From Felis catus (taxonomy: Eukaryota), in contig NC_058368.1 of the NCBI RefSeq assembly GCF_018350175.1, positions 126,110,001 through 126,174,000 on the forward strand: 64,000 bases of DNA, in the 5' to 3' direction. Positions 1 to 14,009 of this stretch are shown here, one piece after another; position 1 is the first letter of the stretch, and each line of letters starts with the position of its first letter. The position numbers and the translations under genes are program-made. Below the pieces are notes generated by a model. That model searched no databases. It was not told where the DNA came from and worked only from the letters and a program-made list of their open reading frames with translations.

Positions 1-1114
1 GTTCTTTCTGAACAACGTCTTTGTCTTCCTGTGGATCAGCTACTACCATCTTTGGAGCGTGGTGTGTTAGGGTATTTGTTCTCCCTTACAATCTGTTACT
101 TGCCTGAGGAAGGGGAGTTTTAGAGTCTCTGTCTGAGGGATGTTTATTAGCATGTGACATAGGATTTTAATTTGACACCCCAAGGAAAAAGAATCTTAGG
201 TTGGAAACGCTAAGCCTCTTCTTATAAAACCATTTCCTAATACAAAGATAGCATCTCCTCTGCTTCTTTGCTGATTTTTAGATAAAAAGTTAAGTGTAAA
301 ATATAGATGCCTTCAAGTCTGACTCCATTTTCATCTTAGCGCAGCACTGATTTTCCTGGCTTGAGCAAATTGGACCACTGGGTTACTCTTGACTGTTAGT
401 CCCAGACCCCAAATCATAAAATGTAGTTTCCCTTACACCTTTCTCCTTTGACTCAAATTTCTCTTTAATTAACATAATGAATTTCTAATCATACTTTCAG
501 TGCACAAGTTCAAGAGGCAGATGTTTGCAAAATGCAGTATTGCCACTGTTTCAGAAGCTCCCTGGTGGTGTTGCTTCCCTCCTCAACCCTCTGGTGACAT
601 GTGGATGCAACCTTGTGGTGTGCGCATGCACCCCATACACTTGTGTGCGTGCACGTGTGCATGTGTGCAACAACAAGTGGCAAAACTGGAAGCTGCCAAA
701 TAAAATGTGTGGGTGTATTTGGGGTCTTGGGGATGGCCGTCCTAGAGATACAGATTTGACTGAAACGGAAAGCATGACCCAGAGAAACAAAGGTTAGAGT
801 TTTTAAAGAGGAGAGAGGGAATTTGCATAAGTTGTTTTGAGTGAAATGGGATTGGTGCTGGTATAGGTACAGTAACACTGATCTGTATGCAATTTTTGCT
901 AGTAATAGGACAAGCCATTTATGACCACTTAACATATAGCAGATTCCTTGGCTTTTAGCTGAGTTCAACACAAATTCTGAGAATTTGAGATAGAAGCAGA
1001 ACATAAGCCCCACTTCCTCTGTGTCCTCCCAGCTCCATTTGAAATAACACTCTTAGCAATCAATACTTATTCCATTTTATTCTCTCCCATATCATGCGTG
1101 CATATGCTAGTGCC

Positions 1115-1116
<2 letters not shown>

Positions 1117-1159
<43 letters not shown>
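1117..1159. repeat. (TG)n microsatellite
   Basis: Pure TG run of about 21 units. Confidence 0.97.
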
Positions 1160-1160
<1 letters not shown>

Positions 1161-1900
1161 TGGGGCTTGAGGAGTAAAGGGCTACTATTTGTTTCCCAGA
1201 GCAATATCAGTTCTTAAGTTTATGCAATATCTATTTTCCTTTCTCAATTTAGTTATTTCATTATTTGGACTTGTAAAATAATTTTAATATTTACTCAAAG
1301 CATATGACTTATCACTAGCCCTTACATACTTGAGAAATAGGGGTGATTATGAAGGAAAGGAAGGGAACAAAAGCTATCAGATTTTAAGCTCAAGGTCAAG
1401 ATAAATTCAGAAAAGACAGGTAAACATCAAGGAACTTTCCCACCAAAGAGGCCAATATTGTTGAGCATATCAAATTTCATAAGGCTTCTTATTTCATAAA
1501 ATAAATAAATATTATTTATTAGAAACAATAATTTAAGATGAGATTTTGCTCTTAAATATCATAATTTCATCTTTAAAAAATTTCTCCAAAAGTGTCAGCT
1601 ATTTTATAAATTGATATATAGTTTTTCATTTTTTAAAATTCCAATTTATTTGGTTTTAAAAAATAAATCCTCCACACCCATGGTAACCTGTCTTTTATCA
1701 CCATCAAATATAAGGACTCATTATTTTACAGTGGAGAAATTTAGAGCATTTTGCAGCATTTTACTATACTATTCTTGGGCTGACCAAACTATAGAGTAGG
1801 TCTTTGTATATAGACACATTCCGGTAAGAAAGACAACTGAAAAGTAGAGGAAAAGAAATGCTAGGTATAAAGCTTAGCTACATTTTAAAAAATTGTATCA

Positions 1901-2100
1901 GGATGCCTGGAGGCTCAGTTGGTTAAGCATCCGACTTTGGCTCAGGTCATGATCTCGCAGTTTGTGAGTTTGAGCCCCGCGTTGGGGCTGTCTGCTGTCA
2001 GCACAAAGCCTGCTTCAGATCCTCTATATTCCTCTCTCTCTCTGTTCCTCCCCTGCTCCTGCTCTATCTCTGTCTCTCTCAAAAATAAATAAAACATTAA
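1901..2100 (+). mobile_element. CanSINE (tRNA-derived carnivore SINE)
   Basis: Head GGATGCCTGGAGGCTCAGTTGGTTAAGC, CT-rich segment, AAAATAAATAAAA tail; TSD AAAAATTGTATCA on both sides. Confidence 0.95.
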
Positions 2101-2806
2101 AAAAATTGTATCAAAACTCACCAAACCTAATAGAATTTGAAAGAAAGTGTTGAAAGTTGCTGCCCACATGAACTAAAAGAAGTATTGTCTTAGGAACATC
2201 CCCAGGTCAGTAGCTGATCTTAACATTGAGGCAAAAACGGGGGGCTTAGTCACCATTCACTAGGTAGTGAGAGGAGACTATTACTGTATTAAAAAAGAAA
2301 ACTAGATTAAATGTGAACCAGTAGCCCCTAAATGAGTACTATATTCCCTATCCCTAAAAGAAATGGCCATATGTTGCATTCTTGCAAATAATTTGCCTTT
2401 CCAGAAAAAGATATTCCAACCTTGCTTAAAATAACAAGCAGATGAACATACAGAATAACAAAATAATAACAACAAAACTTTTCAATGATGAAAGTAGTTC
2501 ATAACAGAAATATAGCTAGAAACTCTAAAAAATTGCCTTGTGTACAGTGACAGCATTAATGGCCTTGGTGCTAGGTGCTTTGTACACTCTCTTCAATGCA
2601 ACATAAGTTTCTTTTTGGCAGTCAGGTATCAAGGTCTGAAGTGCAGTGAACATATAATGTGGCTTGTTCATGAAAGCCATAAGAGTAGCCAGTGTCCTTT
2701 TTCACATCTGTTGTCTGAATATTACTGTTGTGAATTACATGGACAGTAGACTTTTCTTAATATGGAATTTCCTGTTAATGAATTTTGGTGAATAGCGACT
2801 TAGAAT

Positions 2807-2808
2807 AT

Positions 2809-2851
<43 letters not shown>

Positions 2852-3026
2852 TTTTAGAGAGAGAGCACAGGAGAGCAAGGGGTAGAGAGAGAGGAGACAG
2901 AGAATCCCAAGCAGGCTAAGAACTGTCAGTGCAGAGCTCCATGGCAGACTAGAGAGACTAGGAGATCATGAACTGAGTCAAAATCAAGAGGCCGAAGCTT
3001 AACCCACTGAGCCACCCAGGTATCCC
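2807..3026 (-). mobile_element. CanSINE with (TTTA)n tail
   Basis: Reverse head CTGAGCCACCCAGGTATCCC; (TTTA)n tail; short TSD TAGAAT. Confidence 0.93.
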
Positions 3027-3914
3027 TAGAATGAGTCTTAATTCACCTCCTTGGATGTTGGTGGAACAAAAATATATTTCAGTCACCCCTGTTTTGACAA
3101 ATCCAGGACATCTTTTATATTATCTATACCCATTTAATGTGGCAGAGATTTAAAACAGAGTAAGTTCTTGATGTATTTAAAAACTATTTTTATTTTCTAG
3201 ATTCTAGAATCACAAATCCCTATTTTATTTCATTGTTTTAGTGTTACTTGCTATTGTATTTGTCCACCTTTCTGTTGATGTTGACACTCAGATTTTTAAT
3301 GAATTTACTAAAGCCAAATCCTTTCTCACACTTGGGATATTTTCAAAAGATTCTCATTTATAATTCAAAAAGAAACTTATTATGCTTTAAACCTTTAAAC
3401 CTGTTTGTTTTAAACCTGTAAGACATCCTGAGTCAAGTGAGGCTGGCATTTTACAGTTATGATATTGTAGAATTTATATTTTCATTTGTAAATTAAGCAA
3501 TATTTTGGCTCTAAAATTATGCCCAGTATACTTAATCCAAAATAGATATTTTTGTACTTCTTTCTCTTATACTGTGTATTTATTGTATATATTATACTTA
3601 TATTACAAATAAGTGTTCAATTAATGATAAACTCAGAATTAAAATCACGGAGAATACTTGATACATAACTTGAAATTGATAACATCATGAAAGAAGTTGT
3701 ACCCCTAACATAGTTCTTCCACTTTAAAATAAATTGTATTCTGAAAGAAAATTATTAGGTCATTTTATGACCACCACATTATGAGTATATGAGGTTATTG
3801 CAAGGAAAAAGTATATAATGGGTGAATACATAAAGTATATTTTAATTATTTCCTAAGTACTGATTACTGGGTTTGCTTAAGTCTTGCATTTAATTTTTCA
3901 ATTGTGCAATCTAT

Positions 3915-4417
3915 TTGTTTATTAAGTTATAATTGACATATTATTATGTTAGTTTCAGGTATACAACATAGTGATTTGATATTTATATACATTGCAAAAT
4001 GATCTTCACAATAAATCTAGTTAAAATCTGTCACCATACAAAGTTATGAAATTTTTTTTCTTGTGCTGAAGATTTACTCTTAGCAACTTTGAGATGTGCA
4101 ATACAGTATTATTAACTATCATTATTATATCCCTATGACTTTAATTTTATAACTGAAATTTTATACCTTTTGACCCCTTTCACCTCCCCACCCCACCCTG
4201 CCCTCTGGCAACCAGCAATCTGATCTGCATACCTATGAGCTTGATTGTTTTGTTGTTTTGTTTGTTCTGTTTTTTTAGATTTCACACATAAGTGAGACCA
4301 TGTGGTATTTGTTTTTCCCTGTCTGGCTTATTTCACTTAGGATAATGCCCTCAATTTCCATCTGTGTTGTCACAAATACCAAGATTTCATTCTTTTTTAT
4401 GGCTGAATAGTATCCCA
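3915..4417 (-). mobile_element. L1 3' end (L1_Carn/L1MA-like), 5'-truncated
   Basis: TTAGTTTCAGGTATACAACATAGTGATT motif; minus ORF 4275-4493 gives YYSAIKKNEIL...ILSEISQ, the L1 ORF2 C-terminus. Confidence 0.9.
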
Positions 4418-5254
4418 ATTTAAAACTTTTGATATGTAAATCAGTTTTCCATAGGGTGGAAATCTTTTCAAAGCACCAGGCTTTGTAAAACACACTCCTT
4501 GTATATAACTCACAACATGTTCCATTTTAAGTTGTATTCTATATTTATCTAGAGACACTCTGTATTTAATTTAAAATTGCATTCTATATTTTTCTCAAAA
4601 CATTCTGAATGTGTTGGATAGTAATTGCACAGAAAGAACTATCCTTGGAATTATATCATTTTTTATTTATTTTTCACTTTTGTTTGCCCATCATGAAGTG
4701 TGCACCAGCAGACTCTGGTGTTTTTTGCTCTGAAGAAAAAATTCTATAAATCTGTATGGTTTGTAGATCATCTGTCTTTGAGTTGAGGCTTATACTCCAG
4801 AATCTTCTTATGAAAGCAAAGCTCTTTTGCACCAAGGAGTAAACTCAAGATGTGAACTATTTGCTGTAGGGAAAAAAGATCTTTGTTCCCTGGCTGGATT
4901 AGGTGGTAGGATACCCCAACTGTGTTCTTGCTGGAAAAAGAACATAGCTGAGAAACAATTCTACTTTTGTCTCTTTCACAAATAAAGATTTCTCCTGTTT
5001 CATATCAACTTTGTGGATCAGCTCCCTCAACTTTATACAGAAGTGACAAAGATTTAACTACCTACGGAATTTTATCAATCTCTTCTCAAAGGAATATGTG
5101 GGGGAAAAAAGGATTAAGAAGCTCTGCTTTCTTATTCACTACAAATCTTTATTGAATCTTAATAATGGACGAATAGCCATTTTCAAGGAACTTTTTAGGA
5201 GAGAAGCACTAATCTTAGAAGTCTTAGAATCTGTTTTTAGTCCTATCTCATCTA

Positions 5255-6100
5255 GAACCTCAGACTCAAAATGTCTCATTCCTAAACTTGTATCTTCTTC
5301 CCTATTTGGCCCTTCCTTGAACTGCCACCCAGCTCCTGAGCTAGACATCTGGTTCATTCTTAACTCCTTCCTCTTCGGATTTAGCACATCTCTGCAGTGA
5401 TATTCCCTGTCAGTTTTACCTTTTAATTAATTCTCTGGTCCACCTGCACCTTTTCATATGAACAACCATCAACCTAACCACGACTCTTATTTCTCTACTA
5501 GACTGTTGAAGACATGTGTGAATTGATTTCCTCTCTTCAGCCTTGGTTCCCTCATGTCTATCTTCAACACAGCCAACAGAATGCTATGTCTAAAACTGGG
5601 TATTTGTAAACACCACTTTTGTACTGAGAACCCAGCAGTATTCCCTTACCATCCATTATCTGATAATCTCTACACTCTTCCATTTTCCTTCAAAGATCAT
5701 CATGGTATAGCATTTACTTTCTTTTCTAGGCTTTAACACTTCATGTTTCTTGTTAACCATGTTTGTTGCTCATTCTCTTTTCTCTACCCCCACTGGTCCT
5801 AGCCATGATCCTTTTACACCTAATTCCTAAGCATGCCCTTTAGGCCTCAACTTAAATGTAACATTTACTAGGAAGCTTTCTGTTACTCTCACTCCCACTT
5901 CTGGATTACTCTAAGTATCCTCCTCTGAGTTTCCAAAGTATTCCTTGAATATTGCTAATATTGTACTGCTACTTTGAATTATAATTTGTTTATATATTTG
6001 TCTCCTCCATTTGAAAGAAAGCTGGAGCTAAGACATTAATCCTTGTCCTTACAGAATTCCTGGTGCAAGGTAAATGCTCACTCAATGTTGGTTAATTAAA
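5255..6100 (+). mobile_element. L2 LINE fragments (old)
   Basis: Pyrimidine-rich degenerate L2-like text (CTCAGACTCAAAATGTC; TCTTCAACACAGCCA; GGAAGCTTTCT), L2-like 3' end near 6060-6100. Confidence 0.55.
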
Positions 6101-6616
6101 TTTGGTCTTTAACCAGTCATGGAGCTTAACTAGAAAAATATAAGGCCTCAAGATATGTTACTTAGGGAAACCATGGCATTATCTATTTCATCAATAACAA
6201 AGGTGATAATAATTTCTAAATTTCAGAGCCCCTGTGAAGATTAAATAAAGTAGAAGGTAAAGTTTAACTTTTATTTTTAAAATGCATCCCTTCTGCGGTG
6301 CCTATCATCTCAGTAAATGAGCCGTGCATCTACCCTTCTACTAAAATGTTGATATAATTTATATCTTCCTCTTCCTCACTCCCATGAATTGAAATTCGTA
6401 TTGCTTCTATCTCAAAAAATATTATCTGGAATCCTTCTACTTCTGGATGTTACCACTACCACCATCCTTCAGACACCTTGGCAGTATCCTAACTTTGTAC
6501 TCCTACTTCTTGTCCCTTTTCAACCTTTTCTTATTTTAGAATTCAGAACATCTCTTAAAAATAAAAATCTTATCATAACTTCTTATTACTTTAAACCTCA
6601 TAAAGACTTTACTCTT

Positions 6617-6783
6617 AGACAGAGTGTGAGCGGGGGAGGGGTGGAGAGAGGTAGACACAGAATTTGAAGCAGGCTTTAGTCTTTGAGCTGTCAGCACAGA
6701 GCCTGACGCGGGGCTCAAAGTCATGAACTGCGAGATCATTACCTGAGCTAAAGTTGGACGCTTTACTGACTGAGCCAGCCCCA
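6617..6783 (-). mobile_element. CanSINE (felid type), trimmed at both ends
   Basis: GAGCTGTCAGCACAGAGCCTGACGCGGGGCTC...ACTGACTGAGCC; no poly-T tail. Confidence 0.9.
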
Positions 6784-9700
6784 AGATTAATGTAATTTAA
6801 AAGTACTTTTTGAGTACTCACTACATGCAAAACACTATAGAAATATAGAGGCAAACTGGAGATTTCTGTCCCTGCTTTAAATGTGTTTGATTTCTAACAG
6901 TGGAGCAAAACAGTAAACAAATAATTTAAAAAGTAACAGCCTCATATATTTAAGTAAAGAAAAAGTAGGCAGCGCCTTATATATGAAGTGGTAACTAGTC
7001 TAAAGAGGGAGGGAAATTTCTTTATTATAGGTATCGTTAATAATGAGTGCTCATCTAATTTCCACTGGTAAACTACAAACCTCTAAGGGGTGAGGCCTGT
7101 GGGTTAAATGTCTATAGTGCCTGCAGAGCCATCTGTCCCCTTGCATAGAGATACTTGCATCGATAAATCAGAAATTCAATTGCTGTTAAGCCAGCCCTTC
7201 TCCCAAAATTCTCCTATCATGATCAGTTTCTCAGTGAGTAGGTCTTTGGTGTATATGAGGAAACTACCTACATCTATACATGTAAAGTTACCATAAAGTA
7301 ACTCACATATCTTATATTTACAAAGTGCAGCCAGGCTGGAGGCCAATTTTCTTGTATTGCTTCTGGATTAATTATCTTCATAACAGTAATAATATGCAGT
7401 TATTAAGTTATTGAATATAGGTGCAACTATAAGTTGTAACTGAGTAGTTACAGAATTAGTTAAAGGATTTCTTATTAATAAGAAAAGCTAAAATGCTGTC
7501 TTCAGGGAATGATAAAATAGTTCTAGGATCCATTGACGAGAGGAAATCCCTACCCAGGAGAGGAAAGTAACAACTATTTGGTTCAGCAAACTAGAAGTCT
7601 GTTGTTACTCACATAGGTAGTACAGGCGAAGCTTGTGTGGACAGTTGTTTCAGAAGTTTAAGAGAAATAGAGTCTAAGAATAATTTAACTATAAGAGCTT
7701 CTGAAGAGGGAATAAACAAAAATATTAGAGAATACAGCTAAAGATTCCACAGGCAAGGATGTGTGGATCAGGAAAAGGCTGAGTTAGAGTACCTGAATGA
7801 ACATATCTAGAATTTCTAGAACTCAATTATGTTGGATTTTGGCAAGAGGGTGGAGGAAGGAAGTAATATAATATATCTTTATCTGTCTCTACCAAATTCT
7901 GAATCAATGTAGAAGGAGACAAGGTCAGATAGATTTTTTTAAGTCACTTTTACTAGTGATACTGTTTGCTGCAGAATAAGAACAAGGTATGGATCTTTCG
8001 TCAAAACAGGCTAGCTACTTCTTTCCCCAAAATGTTAAAAGCTTCCCACTGTGTGTACAGGAGGCAAATGAGAGCATCCTAGGGAGAGGCCACTTTTAAA
8101 AAGACTCTATAAGGGGCTTAGCCACATATGCTAGGTTCCTTCTTCCCATCTCAACAATCAGAAAGACCCTTTCTCCCATGGGAGACGTATGGAGAGAAAG
8201 GCAATGCTGCCATTATCTCCTCAAAAGAGAAAGCCCCCTTTTCTCTGGGATCAAGGAGGAAAACTACTGGGAGGAGGGGTGAATTCTTATAAAACATATA
8301 TCTTATGTTGAACTCCTCTATGATCCAGATACCTGTTATTTGCCTGTCAGTATTCATTTTGCCTTCATAGGTCATTACCTATAGTGGAGTAGCCATTATT
8401 TCACTAAGGAAGGAAACCTCCTCAAGTTATCTAATTTTCATCAGAATTGTCCTAATTTGAATAAGTTGTTTTAGTATCTATAATCGAATTGATGCAGGAA
8501 GATTTTTTTTTCACTCAAATCCATAATCTCAGAGTTGCTGTGGTCCAGGTTACTCTTCAATTATCAAAGTTGGATAATACTATAAATCTCTTATGACAAA
8601 GTTTCTATGCTCTATCAAATTTAGTTTGTGCTCATATAAACTAAGATGTAGGTGATGCATATTTAATGAGGGAAGGAAATTTTTCTTAGTTTAGTATGCA
8701 TACCTAATGCATATATTCATTATAATATATAATGCCCTTAAATATGGTCTAATTTATAGTCATTGGATAGTTTTTCATGTGTCTGTTATATTAACTTAAA
8801 ATCCAAAGAGTGGCCTCTCCTGCCATTTCCTGCTTCTGTTTGAGTGTTTTGAACTTCATCTGTGTCTGTATGATGCCAACTGATGAAGTCAGCAAACACT
8901 AACCAGTCCTGTTGTTAGTATCCTGTAGAACAAGTAGTCGGTTGCTGGAGACTATAGTTCTTGTTGTCATCTGGTTCTGATCAGGTCATATGGTTTTGCT
9001 CAATTGTTTTCCTTAGTTTATTATGTTTACCAATCAAACTCTAAAGTGGTGTGGAATAAGAAGTTCATTTTTAAAATATACTAAGGAAAGGGAGTGGGTA
9101 GTCTGCCTGCCCCAGAGTGTGTCCTGTCATTACACAAAGTTCAGTGATGACATTAGCCGATAAATCTTTTGTAGACTTGGGTTACCTAAATGAATTAACT
9201 TTCCTGATTTGTAAAATATAAAATCAATGATGCTTAAGCCATATGTGACTTTATGGATGAAAATTTTCAAGTTGACTCAAATTGGGGACAAGGTATTTAT
9301 TTTCCAGTATTCACTAGAAGTTCTCTGCTTGCCCACCATTCTTAAGATCAGAAAAAAAAAAAAAAAAGAAAAAAGAAAGAAAAGCAAAACATAAATGTAA
9401 ATATCAAAGAAAGAGCCCACATTTAAACGAAATGCTAATTCATCATTTTCTGATATTTTTTCCTCTTGCTATAGTAATGTCTATGGTAGTGTCTATATAA
9501 TCAAACAATCCAAATAGTCCTATTCAAGTCCTGTTTGAATCAAGGTGATTGAATAGCCAGTGATTAGCTTCATTTATATATAGGGACTATCTTAAGGATT
9601 CAACTGATAGCTGATAACGTAGTCTAATAAATATATTATTAAGCTTTCTGAAGTAGTTAGCTTTAGATCAATTCAGTGCTGTCAGTTTCTCCCTAACCAA

Positions 9701-9949
9701 AGCAAATCTATCAAAAATTTAAAAAAAAAAAAAAAAGAAAGAAAGTTTCAAGACAAAATTGCCCAAATGCTCAAAGACTACAAATTGATATTTTGAGAAT
9801 TAGGTAAATGTGCTCTCATGGTTTCACACCCCCATCCTTCAAAATGTCTTCCTCAAAGAGAAATTATAGCAGCTTATTTTATGTAAATAAAAACGTAATG
9901 GTATTGGTATGTAAATAGGGGTTTGGGAACAGGAGTGTTCATAAGAATC

Positions 9950-10080
9950 CCTTGAGTGGTTATGAAAAAATGCAACTCCCTGGCCTCATCCCAGAGATTG
10001 TGATTTAGGAACAGATATTTTTAAAAACTTTTGTCAAGTGGTTCTGAGGGAGGTAGTCCAGGAAAATCTCTTTGACAGCA
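9950..10080. mobile_element. MER5-like hAT-Charlie fragment
   Basis: AAAAATGCAACTCCCTGGCCTCATCCCAGAGATTGTGATTTAG resembles MER5 core. Confidence 0.5.
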
Positions 10081-12149
10081 CGGCTATAAGCAATTAATAA
10101 ATATATCACAGCTCTACTTCCGTATGTACCTAGTGATGACCCCAGGTGTGCTTTGACTTTCAGCATTGGAATTCCACATACTGATTGGTGGCTGTGTGGC
10201 CTTCCTCTTCCACTTTTCTGGGTCCAAAGAAAGAAAGGTTGATTATGGAGCTAATATTACAGTTTTGTTTTGTTTTATACTTGATAACTTAGAGGGCCTT
10301 CCTATCCTCTTTTAACTTGAGAAAGGGGGTCATTTTCTCTCTGCTTTTCCTCCGGAAGCCAGTGTCTGGAGAGCCAGGATAATGGCACCTGGCAAGGCAG
10401 CACTGTTCCCTCCTCTTTGAGGACAGGCTGATGGCTGGCAGAGGTGGGGGGGGGGGGCGGTGCGGAGTGGCAGGCAGGGCTCTTCTGGAACCTGACCAGA
10501 AAAGTCCTTCACACTTAAACTTCTTAAAGGACAAATATCTTCCGGCTCCACAAATACCCATCATCTAAAAGATATAACTTGTCAGTAAACATGAGGCAGA
10601 AAAAGGAAAACTAATAAGCAGTCTAAGAGATTTCCTCCTGGCTCTACCATGACAGATGTTGTTTTCAACTACATGGTAATGAGCAATCAGCAAGTAGCTC
10701 ACCTACAAAATGCTGAAACCATTTTCCAGGGAAGCCTAAGTTTCCATTTTAGAGAATTCTGACTATTTGTGTTTCTTTATCTATAATCTCTTAACAGACT
10801 TCCTTGGGAGCCAAATCTCTTATTTAGTTTATATCAAAGAGAGAAGTTTTCCTTGTAGTTAGAGGGAAAAGAAGGGAAGGTGAGGACAGACAAGTAAACT
10901 AGAAACAGGATTTTCCTCAGGAGGAGAAGCCATTAATTTTGAGAAGTAGAGACCCACAGAATATTCTCAGATATAAAGCTGAGAACTTTGGTTGATTTTT
11001 TCCTAATGTTGTCTAGAAGATAATTAGCTTAATCTTTGATGCATGCTATGTACTCCTAATCCTTGGAGATACAAGAGTAGGAAATGTAAAATTAGCCTCA
11101 CTTTGCTCAAGTTGGGAGGAAATGTGAGTCCTCTATGATTTGAGAAGAAAGAGGGAACAAATCACAGCTTTTGCTTGATTCTTCATCTGGAAAATGCTCA
11201 CATGTCTTTAAATCACCTGCGGTCCAAATATCCAATCTCTAAATCCACAGATTCTTAGGAAAGAGTACAGACCCAGCCTCTTAGGGACACATTCAAATGC
11301 CACATAATTACTAACAATTGGTCAAGCACTTGTGTGTATTCAACCACTAACTTCCGCCATCACGTAACCCTGTGTTCCTCAGGAGTTCCAGCATGTGACT
11401 GCCGGTAGCACAAAGGACCAGCTCCTGCCCTCTTCCCCTTTGGTGTCCAGACTCCAGCTAAGTTGTAGTTTCTGTGTATTTGTTTTGGATCTGCCTAGAT
11501 CCGCTGTGGCTGTGAAGACTTGCCAGAAGGCAGCTTGGATAAATGCTAGCTCTATGACTGTAGTGATGTCATAGTTGGGGGCAGCAAACAGCACTATTCA
11601 ATTAACTACATAGGCCAGGTACTAGCCTCCAAGTGGAGCTGAAACCATTGAAACACTGACACTATTAAGCAAACACTTTAAATTAAAACTCCTAATCTAA
11701 GTCACTAAAAAACTTAATGCAACTAATTGGATAACTTTAAGTGCATGGAAACAAGAACATTATTTTTATTATTATCACCTTTGAAAAAGAATGCAATCTT
11801 TCCTTTAATATGAAAGACTGTGTAGTAGTGTGGACAGACTATTTATGTGTTGTGGTCACACTTGATACGTGTATACTTCCTTGTGTAAAAAAGTACAGCC
11901 AGGAAACCAAGTTGATTTGAATGCTATTTCAGATAAGAGGTAAGAACCTAGCAAATAAACTGCCCAGGACTGATGATAAGTGTTGTGTCTGTCCAGTCCT
12001 CCCCCTCACCATTATTGCTACTTGGAACTGAAGATGAATAAATATTGTCTGTTTTAGGCTTTGAGTGTTAAGGATTCCAGAGAGAATACTCTATATTTTG
12101 CTTGAGTACTTTTCAGATATGCCACTGTAAAACTTCGGCTCCATACTTT

Positions 12150-12760
12150 GAATATTTGTTAATTCATAATTGATTAACCACCTGCTATGTGCCAAGTCTG
12201 TAATAGACATTGTAATTAGAAAGTCACAGAGGAAGACCCTATCCACCTTTGGGAATCTTACAGTTCAGTGGGAGGTTCACAGATGAACACTGATCATTTC
12301 ATTACTGGATTTGCAAGTTAACCGAGAAGTAAGAAAGGGTACTGCTGGAGCCCTTGAAAATTTCACGGAGGCTACCAGTGAAGTCCTCTGGTAGGTGGTG
12401 ACTATCAAGTAAGAATTTGTTGTGCAATTTGTGGAAAAAGGGGAGGATAATTTTGTCTAAGGAAGAACATGGCCAAGGCACTTTGGAGAATTTGGAACAG
12501 GTAAAAAGCTAAAAATACAATAGTTTAGTTAGACTAAGTGAGAGAATAATATGAGCTGAGTCCAGGGTTTGGATTTTATCCTGAGGATAATGGGCAGACA
12601 TTGAAAGATTCTAATGGGAGGTGACATGATCAGATTGGCAGTTTGGAAAATTCATTCCGGCAGCCTTAGGGAGGATAAATTGAAGAGAGATAATCTTGGA
12701 GGCAGAACAAGGTAGTTAGCAGGCAATTACAGTGAAGAAAAACCATGGAAAGGAACTGAA
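12150..12760 (-). mobile_element. L2 LINE fragment
   Basis: CACCTGCTATGTGCCAAG; GGATTTTATCCTGAGGATAATGGG; GTGACATGATCAGATT, typical reverse L2. Confidence 0.75.
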
Positions 12761-13484
12761 TAAATTTGGGTTAGCTGAGAAACATAAGCACATACATTAT
12801 GCAGTCATGGAGCATGAACAACCTATGTACAAAGTGCAACGAGAGGTTGCACAAATTATCATCATACACTTTTTGAGGAGACGGGTCTACACTAATAGAC
12901 ATGATTTATTCATTTACACGCACCTTTTCTTTCTCCATGTACATCTCTCAGCCAGGTGTTAGTGTGTAATTCCATGCAGAGCTTGATAATTTGTTGCTAT
13001 ATCATCATTTTCCATAAAACTGGGTTTGGGAGAAAGAGATTAACGAAGGTCTTCTTCCCCCCACTTGTCTACTCAGAACCTGGTTTATGAGCTTGAAAGA
13101 TAAACAGAGATAAGTGAACTTGAAATTAATGGTAACTCTCCCACGCAGATTTTATGTTTACCGTCTTTGCTTGAAATCATGCCAACCAAGTAATTAAATG
13201 CTATAAAAATGGCAATGCCGTGAGTTGGGATCCATTGGACTTGTCAATGATTTACAGAATATTGATGCAACTCTAAAAGTATTTTAGATATGGCTGGACT
13301 TTGTGGGGGGGATTCCCTTTTATGTTTAATGACTTGGTAAAGTTAGTAAGTCAGTGGTGGAGAACAAGAAGACAAATGCAGATACTGAGTAAAATATTTG
13401 GATTACCAGATCCCAGAATAAGAAAGATACTTCTGCATAAAACCAAATCAACTATGCCACACACTTAGTAATGGCTAAAGAAAC

Positions 13485-13665
13485 AAAATATCTTGAGCAC
13501 CTTTTATGCTTCAAGCACTATGCAATGTATATATGCACATGTATTATTTGTATGGATGTTTTATTTTCTCATTTAAGGCCTCATTTACTTCAAGTTAAAG
13601 CAGCCTCTAAAAGTTAGGAATCAGGATTCATCCCCAGATGTCTGACATCAAATGCTAAGCTCTTT
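13485..13665 (-). mobile_element. MIR fragment
   Basis: TTGAGCACCTTTTATG...CAGGATTCATCCCCAGATGTCTGAC. Confidence 0.5.
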
Positions 13666-14009
13666 CCTCTCTCCTGTTTATTCTACCATGCCTGCTGTTT
13701 CCGAAATAGGCACTCATTTCCTTATTTCAGGAGAAAGGAACATTTCCACGTCATATGTAGCCTTTTAGGCATTTAACCAGTATCGTGCCTCATTGCTTAA
13801 CAAAATTTTTACCTTAACTGTCTGAATATTTCACATGGTCTTTGTTGTTAGTCACAGATGTACGGAGGAGAGTAAACTTATAATTTCCTCAATTATGTGG
13901 AAGTAACAACTGTAAGATAGGACATTTTAAGCTGAGCTCTTTATATATGGAGATTTGGGGCTAAGCATATTCCATTATTTGGTTTAAGCTTTACCCTAAT
14001 ATGTATGAG

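Noticed and set aside
510..1013. 167-aa minus-strand ORF
   Set aside because: No recognisable domain; crosses an RY low-complexity tract; chance frame
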